Shown here one piece after another: positions 18,170 to 27,453 of a stretch of 64,000 bases of DNA. A program made the translations under genes and the position numbers. The stretch is from Candidatus Rokuibacteriota bacterium (GTDB lineage Bacteria > Methylomirabilota > Methylomirabilia > Rokubacteriales > DASRDR01). Location: assembly GCA_044867785.1 (NCBI GenBank), contig JBIOVM010000173.1, positions 931 through 64,930 of the forward strand, written 5' to 3'. The number at the start of each line of letters is the position of its first letter. Position 1 is the first letter of the stretch. A model generated the notes under the pieces. It had not been told where the DNA came from. It was given only the letters and a program-made list of their open reading frames with translations, and ran no database searches.

Positions 18170-19045
18170 GTGATCCGCGGCCTTCTCGTCACCCTACGCC
18201 CGCGTCAGTGGTCGAAGAACCTGCTGGTCTTCGCGGGCCTGCTCTTCTCCCGCGGCCTCCTCGAACCCGCCGCCCTGGGCCGCGCCACCCTGGCGTTCCT
18301 GCTCTTCTGCCTCCTCTCGGGCGGCGTCTATCTCATCAACGACGTGGTCGACGCCGAGCGGGATCGGAGCCATCCGCAGAAACGGCATCGGCCGGTCGCC
18401 TCGGGCCGCCTGCCGCCGCGGGTGGCGCTGGGGACGGGAGTCGTCCTCCTGGTGGGAGCCGTGCTGGCGAGCTTCGCGCTCTCCGTCCCGTTCGGCGCGG
18501 TGGCGGTAACGTACGCCGCGCTCCTGACCGCCTACTCGGGCGGCTTGAAGCACATCGTGATCGTGGACACCTTGGTCATCGCCACCGGGTTCGTGCTTCG
18601 CGCCCTGGCCGGGGTGGTGGTCCTCGCCGTCCCCTTCTCTCACTGGTTCCTCCTCTGCACGAGCCTGCTGGCGCTGTTCCTGACGTTCGGCAAGCGGCGC
18701 CACGAGCTGATCGCGCTCGAGGAAGGCGCGGCGGACCATCGACCGATCCTGTCGGAGTACTCGCCGCAGCTCCTGGATCAGATGATCGCGGTCGTCACCG
18801 CCTCGACCCTGATGGCGTACGCCCTGTACACGATGGCGCCCGACACGGAGGCGCGCCTGGGGACCACGCTGCTCCCGCTGACGATCCCCTTCGTCCTCTA
18901 CGGCATCTTCCGCTACCTCTACCTGCTGTACCGCCACGACCTGGGCGGGAACCCCTCGGAGCATCTGCTGACCGACCGGGCGCTGCTGCTCGACATCGCC
19001 CTCTGGGGCGTGACCGTCGTGCTCATCCTCTACGTGGGTCGGTAG
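18170..19045 (+). CDS. UbiA-family prenyltransferase-fold enzyme, decaprenyl-phosphate phosphoribosyltransferase (Rv3806c) like
   Basis: N-terminal LRPRQWSKNLLVF and the Asp-rich motif NDVVDAERDRSHPQKRHRPVASG are present, with about 8 TM spans. The start is GTG, 12 nt after the SDR stop. Confidence 0.7.
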   Translation: MIRGLLVTLRPRQWSKNLLVFAGLLFSRGLLEPAALGRATLAFLLFCLLSGGVYLINDVVDAERDRSHPQKRHRPVASGRLPPRVALGTGVVLLVGAVLASFALSVPFGAVAVTYAALLTAYSGGLKHIVIVDTLVIATGFVLRALAGVVVLAVPFSHWFLLCTSLLALFLTFGKRRHELIALEEGAADHRPILSEYSPQLLDQMIAVVTASTLMAYALYTMAPDTEARLGTTLLPLTIPFVLYGIFRYLYLLYRHDLGGNPSEHLLTDRALLLDIALWGVTVVLILYVGR

Positions 19046-19320
19046 GCCGGCCCGTCGCGCGAGGAGCCGCACCGCGGAGGACGGCCCCAGCGCGCGCTAG
19101 CCCGACCCATTCGTGAACACGGTCGGTGCCGGACGGGTGACGCCGTGAACGGGGCGCCCCACCGCGCGGAGCGCAGGACGACTCAGCCGCCATGCGATCC
19201 CGGCCGCGGCGCGGCCGTCGACACGGGGTCGAACCGCCAGGCGCGTGGTCCGCGTGAGCACGGTGGGGCTGTTCGCGGCGGCCGGCCCCGTCCGGCACCG
19301 GCCGCTCCGAATCGTTCGCG

Positions 19321-20055
19321 CTAGGGCACCGGGATCCCGAAGGTGCGCTCGAAGAGCGTGCCGACGAGCCAACCCGCGAGGGCCGACCCGAGGGCGACCG
19401 CGGCGAACTCGAGACCCGACCGGAGGCGGGGCCGGCCGGTGAGGACGCCCTTCATCACGCCGACGGCCAGCAGCACCGCGATCGACAGTGCCCACGACAA
19501 GGGCAGCGCCGCCCCGCCCCCGACGAGCACCAGCGGCGTGAGCGGGATCGCGGCGCCGAGCACGAACGAGAGGAACATGACGACGCCGGCCTTCACCGGC
19601 TGGGAGATGTCCGCCGACCCGATCCCGAGGACCTTCTCCTGGACCGTCCGGAGCAGGAGGTCCCGGTCCCGGGAGAAGAGCTGGACGACGCGATACGCCG
19701 AGGGCCGGTCGAGCCCCTCCGCGACGAGCGACTCCAGCAAGGCTTCCTGCGCCAGGTGCGGCTGGGCGGCGGTCAGCCGCTGCTGGTCCAGGAGCTCCTT
19801 CTCGAAGATCTCCTGCTCGGTCCGCGCCGCGAGATACGAGCCGGTCGCCATCGAGACGCCGCCGGTGATCGCCGCGGCGACGCCGGTGAGGAGCACGATC
19901 CCGCGGTTCGCGGTCGCCGCCGAGACCCCGCTGAGGAGGCCGACGGTGCTGAGGAGCCCGTCCTGGATGCCGAAGACGAACTCACGGGCGCGGATCTTGC
20001 GCTCGAGCGCGCGCTTCTGGGCGCCGAGCTCCCCCGGTGTCTCGGCGACGCTCAC
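19321..20055 (-). CDS. VIT1/CCC1-family Fe/Mn transporter
   Basis: FGIQDGLLSTVGLLSGV, SMATGSYLAARTEQE and a C-terminal TM bundle are present. The start lies 6 nt after the peroxiredoxin stop. Confidence 0.8.
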   Translation of the reverse strand: MSVAETPGELGAQKRALERKIRAREFVFGIQDGLLSTVGLLSGVSAATANRGIVLLTGVAAAITGGVSMATGSYLAARTEQEIFEKELLDQQRLTAAQPHLAQEALLESLVAEGLDRPSAYRVVQLFSRDRDLLLRTVQEKVLGIGSADISQPVKAGVVMFLSFVLGAAIPLTPLVLVGGGAALPLSWALSIAVLLAVGVMKGVLTGRPRLRSGLEFAAVALGSALAGWLVGTLFERTFGIPVP

Positions 20056-20061
20056 GCCGGG

Positions 20062-20589
20062 TCAGTACTTCAGCGCGGGGTCGAGCGTGGGGTCCCCGGC
20101 TCGCCAGTCCGCGGGGCAGAGTCGCCCGGTCCGGAGCGCGTCGAGGACCCGGAGTGTCTCGTCCACGCTGCGCCCCACGTTCATCGGGCTGACCACGAGG
20201 TAGGCCAGCCGGCCCTCGGGGCCGATGACGAAGGTCGCACGAAACGCCCGGTCGTCCGCCTCGTTGAGGACCTCGTAGGCGCGCGCGGCGACGCGCTCCG
20301 GGTCGCTCAGGAGGGGGAAGCCGACCCCGCCGAGCTCGGTGACCCAAGCGCGGTGGCTTTCGATGTCGTCCACGCTGACCCCGAGGATCTGACAGTCCCG
20401 CTCGGCGAACTCGGCGCGCCGGGCGTGAAACCCCCGGATCTCCGTCGGGCAGACGAAGGTGAAGTCGGCCGGATAGAAGAAGAGCACGACCCAGCGCCCG
20501 TGAAAGGCCGACAGCCGGTACGACCGGACTTGCCCCCCGGCGATCCCGTCGAGGGTGAGCTCCGGGGCCGGCGCGTTCAGTCGGATCAT
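20062..20589 (-). CDS. Typical 2-Cys peroxiredoxin (AhpC/Prx1 family)
   Basis: Peroxidatic FYPADFTFVCPTE and a resolving LCPADW near the C-terminus. Confidence 0.9.
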   Translation of the reverse strand: MIRLNAPAPELTLDGIAGGQVRSYRLSAFHGRWVVLFFYPADFTFVCPTEIRGFHARRAEFAERDCQILGVSVDDIESHRAWVTELGGVGFPLLSDPERVAARAYEVLNEADDRAFRATFVIGPEGRLAYLVVSPMNVGRSVDETLRVLDALRTGRLCPADWRAGDPTLDPALKY

Positions 20590-20607
20590 GGCGGGGGCAC
20601 CGTTCGC

Positions 20608-20636
20608 AGTCTATGGAGTCGACCGCTTCCTGTAAA
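20608..20636 (-). promoter_or_regulatory. Candidate promoter TTTACA-N17-TAGACT for the prx-VIT operon
   Basis: Read on the minus strand: TTTACA at 20636-20631, a 17-nt spacer, TAGACT at 20613-20608, 18 nt upstream of ATG 20589. Confidence 0.4.
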
Positions 20637-20681
20637 CGGCCGGTCGGCGCCACGGCGCGAGGCCGGCGCGCGGCGACGGAG

Positions 20682-20690
20682 TGATAGAAT
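20682..20690 (+). promoter_or_regulatory. Extended -10 box TGATAGAAT, 7 nt upstream of the DUF362 start codon (leaderless arrangement)
   Basis: TG at 20682-83 and TAGAAT at 20685-20690, with ATG at 20698. There is no Shine-Dalgarno sequence in between. Confidence 0.45.
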
Positions 20691-20697
20691 CTTGCCG

Positions 20698-21774
20698 ATG
20701 TCCTCCCGGGTCGCGGTTCTCCGAACGCATCCCGACACCGTCGTCGCCGACTACGGCCGTCTCATGCGGCTGGCGGGCTACGCCGACACCCTGCCGCGGG
20801 ACGGGGAGCTGCTCCTCAAGCTGAACCTCTCGTGGACCAAGTACTTCCCGGCCTGCTCGACGCAGCCGTGGCAGCTGGACGGGGTGGTGCGGACGTTGCT
20901 CGAGGACGGGTACCGCCCCGAGCGCCTCCACCCGGTCGAGAACAAGACCGTGGTGACCAACCCGCGCAAGGGCGTCGTCGCGAACAAGTGGGGCCCGGTC
21001 CTGGACCGGCACGGATTGCCGTTCATTCCGCTGTCGGAGGTCGAGTGGACGGTCTACCGCTTCCGGAGCCCGCTGCTCAAGCTGAACAAGATCTTCCCGG
21101 AGGGGATCGAGATCCCCAAGATGTACATCGGCGCGAGCGTCCTCCACCTGCCGACGGTGAAGACGCACGGGCACAGTGTCACCACGGGGGCCGTCAAGAA
21201 CGCGTTCGGCGGGCTTCTGAAGGAGGTGCGCCACTACGCCCACGAGTTCCTCCACGAGGTGCTGGTGGACCTCCTCTACATGCAGCGGGAGCTTCATCCG
21301 GCGGTCTTCGCCGTGATGGACGGCACCGTCGTGGGGGACGGGGCGGGTCCGCGGACCATGGTGCCGCGCGAGGGGAACCTCATCCTCGCCTCGGCGGATT
21401 CCGTGGCGATCGACGCGATCGCCGCGCGGCTCATGGGCTACGATCCGCTCGGGATCCCGTACCTCCGGATGGCGCACGAGCGGGGGCTCGGCGTCGCCGA
21501 CCCCCGCGAGATCGAGCTGGTCGGGGACGACGTGGCCGACGTGAACTTCCGCTGCCAGACCTCCCGGAGCCTCGTGATCTGGGGGGACCAGCTGATCCGC
21601 AAGGGCCCGCTCCGACCGCTCAAGCGCCTCCTGCTCCACTCGCCCCTCGTGGTGTGGGCGCCGTTTGCGTCGAACGTCTACCACGACGTGCTCTGGTACC
21701 CGACGGTCGGTCAGGGACGCATCCGCGCGTTCGCGGGCTCCGGCTGGGGCCGGCTCTTCGCGCGCTACCAGTGA
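20698..21774 (+). CDS. DUF362 domain protein
   Basis: VAVLRTHPDT..., LHLPTVKTHGHSVTTGAVKNAFGGL, MDGTVVGDGAGP and SADSVAIDAIAARLMG match the DUF362 pattern. The upstream 314 codons of the tracked ORF are the shadow of prx/VIT. Confidence 0.7.
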   Translation: MSSRVAVLRTHPDTVVADYGRLMRLAGYADTLPRDGELLLKLNLSWTKYFPACSTQPWQLDGVVRTLLEDGYRPERLHPVENKTVVTNPRKGVVANKWGPVLDRHGLPFIPLSEVEWTVYRFRSPLLKLNKIFPEGIEIPKMYIGASVLHLPTVKTHGHSVTTGAVKNAFGGLLKEVRHYAHEFLHEVLVDLLYMQRELHPAVFAVMDGTVVGDGAGPRTMVPREGNLILASADSVAIDAIAARLMGYDPLGIPYLRMAHERGLGVADPREIELVGDDVADVNFRCQTSRSLVIWGDQLIRKGPLRPLKRLLLHSPLVVWAPFASNVYHDVLWYPTVGQGRIRAFAGSGWGRLFARYQ

Positions 21775-21848
21775 GCGCCTGAACGGGAGAGACGCGCCGC
21801 ACCCCGGCCGCGCCGGTCGGCCGGCCTGCCTCGGAGGAAGGGCTAGGC

Positions 21849-23858
21849 TTGCCGGACGCGCCGCACGAGCGTGAAGACGGGGCAGAGACGCGCGGCGCGA
21901 CCGCGGACACGGCGTTGCCCCGCGGGCGGGCGACCCGCCCCTCGGTATGGTGGATCCTCGCGGTGTTTGCGGCGGCCGCGCTCGCCGCCGTGGCCGGCGT
22001 GCCGGCCCTGGTGACCGCCGCCGGCCTCGGCCTGGCCCTCCTTGCGCTCATCATCCGGGAGCCCGAGCTCGGCGTCGCCTCGGTGGTCCTCGCCGGCGGC
22101 TTCCTGCTCGGGGAGCACAAGAACCCGTACTTCCTCTTCGCGCACGGCCTCGCCCTGGCCACGCTCGTGAGTGCGTGGGCGCGCGCGAGATCGGAGCCCC
22201 TCGCGGCCGGCCCGGTCCCGTACTGGCTTCCTGTCGTGTTCCTGGTCACCACCATGCTGGCGGTGCCGCTCGATCTGCGGACCCTCCTGGAGGACTTGTG
22301 GCTGGGGCGATGGCTCGACTGGCGGGCGATCCTCTGGCGGGGCCTTCCGGACGCCGCGGCGCTCAAGCCCCTCGAGCGGGCCGGCACCGTCGCCATCGGA
22401 GTGGGCCTGTTCGTCGTCGCGGCCCGGACCGCGCGCTCGTCCCTCCCCACGCGCGTCGTTGCTCCCCTGGCCACCGTGGTTGGTGCGCTCGGGGCGTTCG
22501 GTCTCCTGCGGTTCTTCGGGCTCGTCCGGACCTCCGGCGACTACATGACGCTGTCGTTCTGGACGTGGGAGCACCCCGACCTCCGGCTGACGGCCGTGGC
22601 CTGGAACCCGGACTATCTCGCGCAGTTCCTCGCGTTGAGCGTGCCGGTCGTTCTCACGCTGGCGTGGCGGCGGGGCGCCGCGGCGCCGCGCGTCCTCGGT
22701 GCGGCGGCGGCGGTCCTCGGCGCGGTGGCACTGGTCTTCACGTTCCAGCGCGCCGGTTATGTCGCCCTCACGGTGGCGCTCGGGGCCCTCGCCGGGCTCA
22801 GGATGCTCGGGGCCGCCGAGGGTCGGCGTGCCCGGTGGCGCTGGGTCGGGGCGGGCGCGGCGGGCGGCCTCCTCTTCGTGGCGGTCGTGGCGATGGTCGA
22901 TCACACGTACCTGGGCGGGCGGGTGGCCGGACGGCTCGGTGGATTCGCGACCGACCCGAACCGGCTCACCCTGTGGCAGGCCGCACTCGGCATGAGCCGC
23001 GCGCATCCGGTCCTCGGGGTGGGGACGGGCCGGTATGCGGTCTTCTTTCGCGAGTACGCGGATCCCAAGGCCGTCGTGGGCTTCGGTCCGTTCTGGGGGA
23101 CCGCCCACAGCACGTACCTTCAGCTCCTGGCCGAGCAGGGGATCCTCGGCCTGGCGGGCTTCGCGGTGTGCTTCGGCGGGGTGTGGCTCCGAGCGCTCCG
23201 GGGCCTCGGGGCCGTTCAGGCGGAGCGCCGGCTCGTCGCCGAGGGCCTCGTCGCCGGCTTCACCGGGTGGTTCGTTTACGCGGCTCTGCAGTACGTGTTC
23301 CGCGTCGATGTCCTCCTCTATCTCGCGTTCGCTCTGGCGGGGTGGCTGGCCGGGCTCACTCCGCCGGCCGCCCCCCGGCGGCGGCACCGGTACGCGCGCC
23401 GCCTCGCGTGGACCGCGGCGGCGATCGGGCTGGCGCTGCTCGTCGTGCGCGTCGAGGCGGCGCTCCGCCGGCCGGTGCCGCTCGGCTACGAGGCGGGTTT
23501 CTACCGCTGGGAGCGCCAGCCGGACGGGGCCGGCGCCCGATGGATGGGCGGGCGCGCGGCGATGACCGTGCGGGTCGAGAAGCCGATCCTCGCGCTGTCC
23601 TTCCGAGCTCCCTTGCCGGGCGTCGGGGCCCGACCCCAGATCGTGACGGTCCGGGTAGATGGTCGGCCGGCCGGGTCGGTCCGGCTCGCGACCGACGGTT
23701 GGCATCCGGTGGCCGTTCGAGTCGACCGGCCGGCGAGTGGCCACGTCCTGGTCGAGCTGGAGACGGCGTACACGCTCGTCCCGGCTCGCCTCACGGCCTC
23801 ACGGGACACCCGGCGGCTCGGCGTGATGGTCGGGCCCGTCGTCTGGCGTGACGCGTGA
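21849..23858 (+). CDS. O-antigen ligase/polymerase-like (Wzy_C domain) membrane protein with C-terminal extracytoplasmic domain
   Basis: FTFQRAGYVAL...NRLTLWQAALGMSRAHPVLGVGTGRY...GTAHSTYLQLLAEQGILG is the Wzy_C/O-antigen-ligase signature. The TTG start is preceded by GGAGGAAGG. A non-membrane tail of about 130 aa follows. Confidence 0.7.
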   Translation: MPDAPHEREDGAETRGATADTALPRGRATRPSVWWILAVFAAAALAAVAGVPALVTAAGLGLALLALIIREPELGVASVVLAGGFLLGEHKNPYFLFAHGLALATLVSAWARARSEPLAAGPVPYWLPVVFLVTTMLAVPLDLRTLLEDLWLGRWLDWRAILWRGLPDAAALKPLERAGTVAIGVGLFVVAARTARSSLPTRVVAPLATVVGALGAFGLLRFFGLVRTSGDYMTLSFWTWEHPDLRLTAVAWNPDYLAQFLALSVPVVLTLAWRRGAAAPRVLGAAAAVLGAVALVFTFQRAGYVALTVALGALAGLRMLGAAEGRRARWRWVGAGAAGGLLFVAVVAMVDHTYLGGRVAGRLGGFATDPNRLTLWQAALGMSRAHPVLGVGTGRYAVFFREYADPKAVVGFGPFWGTAHSTYLQLLAEQGILGLAGFAVCFGGVWLRALRGLGAVQAERRLVAEGLVAGFTGWFVYAALQYVFRVDVLLYLAFALAGWLAGLTPPAAPRRRHRYARRLAWTAAAIGLALLVVRVEAALRRPVPLGYEAGFYRWERQPDGAGARWMGGRAAMTVRVEKPILALSFRAPLPGVGARPQIVTVRVDGRPAGSVRLATDGWHPVAVRVDRPASGHVLVELETAYTLVPARLTASRDTRRLGVMVGPVVWRDA

Positions 23859-25348
23859 GCGCATCGGGTCGCGGCCTGATCGTGGCCCTCCTGGGGCTCC
23901 AGCTCGTGCGAGGGCTCCTCTACGCGTTCCTGATCCCTCTCTGGCAACACCCTGACGAGATCGGTCACTTCGAGTACGCACGGCTGATCGCCGACCACCG
24001 CCGCACGCACCTCGACCTGCCGCTCGACGGCACCGTGGCCTACCGCGTCCTCGTGAAGCTGGGCCACGAGGATCCGCCGGCGGGCGGGGGGACGAGCCAC
24101 GCCGAGCTGCGCCGCGCCATCATCGCCTCCCTCGAGCACCATCGGTTCTGGGAGATCCGCCCGCACCTGAACCCGAGCGACACGTTCGCCAACAACGAGC
24201 TCCGTCAGCCGCCGCTCGCCTACCTCGGCGGCGGCGCGATCCTCCGGGCGCTCGGGCCGGGCTCGATCGAGCGGGACCTCTACGCCCTGCGGATCGTGGA
24301 CGTGCTCCTCAGCGTGGTCGTGGTCGCGCTCGCCTGCGGGCTCGGGCGCGCGCTGTTTCCCGGCCGCCCACTGCTCGCGCTCGCGCCGGCCGCCTTCGTC
24401 ACCTTCCTGCCCCAGTACTCGGCGCTGGCCGGCTCGGTGACCAACGACAAGCCGGTCGAGGTCGTCGCGACCGGGATCGCCTGGCTTCTCGTGCGAACGG
24501 CGCGCCGGCCGTCGAGGCTCCGAGACGCGATGCTCGCGGCCGGGCTCGTGGTCGTCGGGCTCCTGACGAAGCTGACGGCGCTGTTCCTCGTCCCGGCGCT
24601 GCTCACCGTATGGGATTGGCGGAGAGCGCGTCGCGCCGGCGCACGGTGGTGGTGGTATGGGGCGACACGGCTCGGGGTCGCCGTCGTCCTCCTGTGGGCA
24701 TTCGCGTGGGCACGACTCTGGCTGCCGGGCTCGGCGCGGGCGGTCGGGACCGCGATCGGCGGATTGCCCGCCGGCGTCGAGCGGCTCGTCCACGGGCTCG
24801 GCCTCGGCCTGCACGAGCTGCTCGCCGGCTCGCTCTCCGAGCAAGTGCTGTACCGGGTCGACTACTTTCCTCCGACCCCGACCTTTCTTCGGCGATACTT
24901 TGCCGTTCTCTTCTCCGGCTTCTGGGGTAACTTCGGGCACATGGAAGCCCCGTTGCCGATCCTGCTCTACGCAGCCCTGGCGCTGGCGTCGGGAGCGGCG
25001 CTCGTCGGGCTGGGCCGGTGCGCCCTCGCGACCCGGCGCGGGCGGGGGCTGGCCGGCTGGCAGGCGGACGCCCTCGTGGCGATGTGTCTCCTCGCGGGCT
25101 GGTCGTTCGCCGTCACCTTCGTCCGTGACGGCCTGGTCCAAAGTTATTCGCAGGGTCGGCATCTCTTTCCCGTCCTCGTGCCGATGGCGGTGCTCTTCGT
25201 GGTGGGGCTCCGGTGGATCGTGCCGCGGCTCGACGATCGCCAGTTCGTGACGGCGATGGTACTGGCCCTGGCGCTGGTCGACGTCCTGGGGCTCGTGCTG
25301 ACGGTGCTCCCGCACTTCTATGGGGTATCCCTCCTGGGAGCTCTATGA
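23855..25348 (+). CDS. Polytopic membrane protein, DUF2142/GT-C-like
   Basis: The GTGA start/stop overlaps the previous gene. The loop PLWQHPDEIGHFEYARLIA and 11-12 hydrophobic spans are present. The family assignment is from memory of the PDE..H loop and is tentative. Confidence 0.5.
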   Translation: MSASGRGLIVALLGLQLVRGLLYAFLIPLWQHPDEIGHFEYARLIADHRRTHLDLPLDGTVAYRVLVKLGHEDPPAGGGTSHAELRRAIIASLEHHRFWEIRPHLNPSDTFANNELRQPPLAYLGGGAILRALGPGSIERDLYALRIVDVLLSVVVVALACGLGRALFPGRPLLALAPAAFVTFLPQYSALAGSVTNDKPVEVVATGIAWLLVRTARRPSRLRDAMLAAGLVVVGLLTKLTALFLVPALLTVWDWRRARRAGARWWWYGATRLGVAVVLLWAFAWARLWLPGSARAVGTAIGGLPAGVERLVHGLGLGLHELLAGSLSEQVLYRVDYFPPTPTFLRRYFAVLFSGFWGNFGHMEAPLPILLYAALALASGAALVGLGRCALATRRGRGLAGWQADALVAMCLLAGWSFAVTFVRDGLVQSYSQGRHLFPVLVPMAVLFVVGLRWIVPRLDDRQFVTAMVLALALVDVLGLVLTVLPHFYGVSLLGAL

Positions 25349-25968
25349 GGCTCGCGGCGGGCATCGTCCTCGCCGCGCTCGGCTTGGTCCTCGTCCTGCC
25401 GGTGGCGACCGTGAGGGTGGAGCAGCAAGCCGACCGGCGCCAGATGATCGCGAACCTCGGGCGCGGGCGCGTGTGGGAGGTCATCGAGGTCCAGGCCCCC
25501 TGGCTCACGGGCCTCGATCTCGCGGTCACGAGCCGGAACCGCCCCGCGCCCTCCGCCCAGGTTCGTGTCAGCGAGTGGCCGGGCGGAGTCGAGCGGATGC
25601 GCCAGCTGCTGCCCCGACGGCTGCCGCCGCCGGGAGCGCACGAGTACACGAGCTTCCGCTTTCCCGCTCTCCGTGACTCGGAGGGCCGCGCGTACGAGGT
25701 GTCCATCGAGCGTCTCGGACCGCCTCCGGAAGGCGAGCTCGTGGTGTGGGGGCGCGTGAGCCAGGCGGCCATCGGGCGGACCGACAGCGCGTTCGCCTAC
25801 CGCGCGTGGCATCGCGCGACGGGGTGGAACGCCCTCGCCCGGCTCGGCGACCGCATCGCGGCGACGCCGCTCGGCGTGGCCGGTGTCGCGGGCGCCGCCG
25901 TGCTCGTCCTCGCGTACGGCGCGGGCCTCGTCCGCTTCCTGGGCCTCCTCCGCGCGAGTCCGGGATGA
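25345..25968 (+). CDS. Hypothetical bitopic membrane protein (N- and C-terminal TM helices)
   Basis: ATGA start/stop overlaps occur at both ends. GC3 is high. There are no recognisable motifs. Confidence 0.5.
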   Translation: MRLAAGIVLAALGLVLVLPVATVRVEQQADRRQMIANLGRGRVWEVIEVQAPWLTGLDLAVTSRNRPAPSAQVRVSEWPGGVERMRQLLPRRLPPPGAHEYTSFRFPALRDSEGRAYEVSIERLGPPPEGELVVWGRVSQAAIGRTDSAFAYRAWHRATGWNALARLGDRIAATPLGVAGVAGAAVLVLAYGAGLVRFLGLLRASPG

Positions 25969-27452
25969 CCCGGCCGGGTGTCGGGCGGATCGGTCACGTC
26001 GCGGCCCTCCTGGCGGCGAGCGCCGTGGGGCGGCTGTGCCAGCTCGCGTACGTCATGATCGTCGCCCGCACGCTGGGTCTCGAGGCCTTCGGCGAGCTGG
26101 CGACGGTGACGGCCTTCCTCGCGATTCTCGGGGTGGTGAGCGATTTCGGGTTGAGCCGCCTCGTCGTGCGCGACGTCGCCCGGGACCCCGTCCTCGGCGG
26201 GAGCTACCTCGTTCAGTCCCTCGCGATCCGGGCCATCCTCGCCGTCGTCGCGGCGCTCGTCCTCGGCCTGACCGTGACACTGCTCGGTTACTCGCCGTCG
26301 ACGCGGCTCGCCGCCTGGGTCGGCGGGCTGTCGCTGGTGACGGGCGCCGCGGCCCTGACGGTCGTCGCCATCCTGAGCGCCCGCGAGCGGATGAGGCAAG
26401 TGGCGATCCTGTCGGCGCTGGTCGGCGTGTTGACCCTCGCGACCGCGTGGCCGGTCCTCGCCGCGGGGTGGGGCGTCGTGGGGCTGCTCGCCGCGCTCGC
26501 CGTCGTCAACCTGGCGCCGGCCGGCCTCGGCGGCTGGTGGATCCGGCGAGACGGCCTCGCGGCCGGCCCGGTCCCCGCGCCCTCGCTCCGCGCCCTCGGG
26601 CGGTTCCTCGCGCTCGGGCTCCCGTATGCGGGCTTCAACCTCTTGAGCATCGTGTACCTGCGCGCGGCGCCCGTGCTCCTGTCGGCGCTCCAGGGCAAGG
26701 AAGCCGTCGGGCTCTACATGGCGGCCTTCCGGCTGGTCGAGGCGTTCGCCCTCGTCCCGCTGGCGGTGGTGACCGCGCTCTTCCCGCTGATGGCGACCCA
26801 GGCGCGATCCGGCGACGGCTCGCTCGGCCGAACCTACGGCCAGGCGATCCGCCTCCTCGGATTGCTGGCCTTCCCCCTCGCCGCCGGCACGACCCTCTTG
26901 GCGGCTCCGCTGGTCGACCTCGTGTACGGAAGCGCCTTCCGCGAGGCGAGCGAGCTCCTGGCGATTCTCGTGTGGGGGCTCGCGTTGCTGTACTTGAACG
27001 CGCCGGTGGGCAACGTGATCCTGGGATCGGACGAGGCCGCCCGATATCTGCCGTGGGCGGCGCTCCACACCGGGGCGAGCGTGATCGTGACCGGGTGGCT
27101 CGCCGCGCGAGCGGGGGTCCGCGGCGCGGCCTGGGGCTTCGTCCTCGCGGAGGCCGCCGGCTTCATTCTCCAGCTGTGGTTCGTTCGCGGACTCGTGGGG
27201 CGGCTGCCGGCGTTCTCCCGCCTTCTCGCGCGTCCGGCCCTCGCGGCGCTCGCCATGAGCGTCGTGGTCGCCGGGCTCCGGGCGCTGGGGACGCCGCTCT
27301 TCCTGGTCATCCCCGCGGGCGCCGCGTCGTACGGGGGCATGCTCCTGGCGCTCGGCGAGCTGCGCGAGGAGGACCGTGAGCGAGTCCGGGGATGGCTCCG
27401 CGAGGTCCGGGCCGGGGCCTTCGCGGGGACGACGGGGGCGGGCGGCGTCTAG
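25965..27452 (+). CDS. Wzx-like flippase (MOP/polysaccharide biosynthesis protein family)
   Basis: About 12-14 TM spans, the N-terminal pattern VGRLCQLAYVMIVARTLGLEAFGE and the mid-protein FPLMATQ are typical for PST/Wzx. The start is at ATG 25965 (ATGA overlap). Confidence 0.7.
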   Translation: MTRPGVGRIGHVAALLAASAVGRLCQLAYVMIVARTLGLEAFGELATVTAFLAILGVVSDFGLSRLVVRDVARDPVLGGSYLVQSLAIRAILAVVAALVLGLTVTLLGYSPSTRLAAWVGGLSLVTGAAALTVVAILSARERMRQVAILSALVGVLTLATAWPVLAAGWGVVGLLAALAVVNLAPAGLGGWWIRRDGLAAGPVPAPSLRALGRFLALGLPYAGFNLLSIVYLRAAPVLLSALQGKEAVGLYMAAFRLVEAFALVPLAVVTALFPLMATQARSGDGSLGRTYGQAIRLLGLLAFPLAAGTTLLAAPLVDLVYGSAFREASELLAILVWGLALLYLNAPVGNVILGSDEAARYLPWAALHTGASVIVTGWLAARAGVRGAAWGFVLAEAAGFILQLWFVRGLVGRLPAFSRLLARPALAALAMSVVVAGLRALGTPLFLVIPAGAASYGGMLLALGELREEDRERVRGWLREVRAGAFAGTTGAGGV

Positions 27453-27453
27453 C

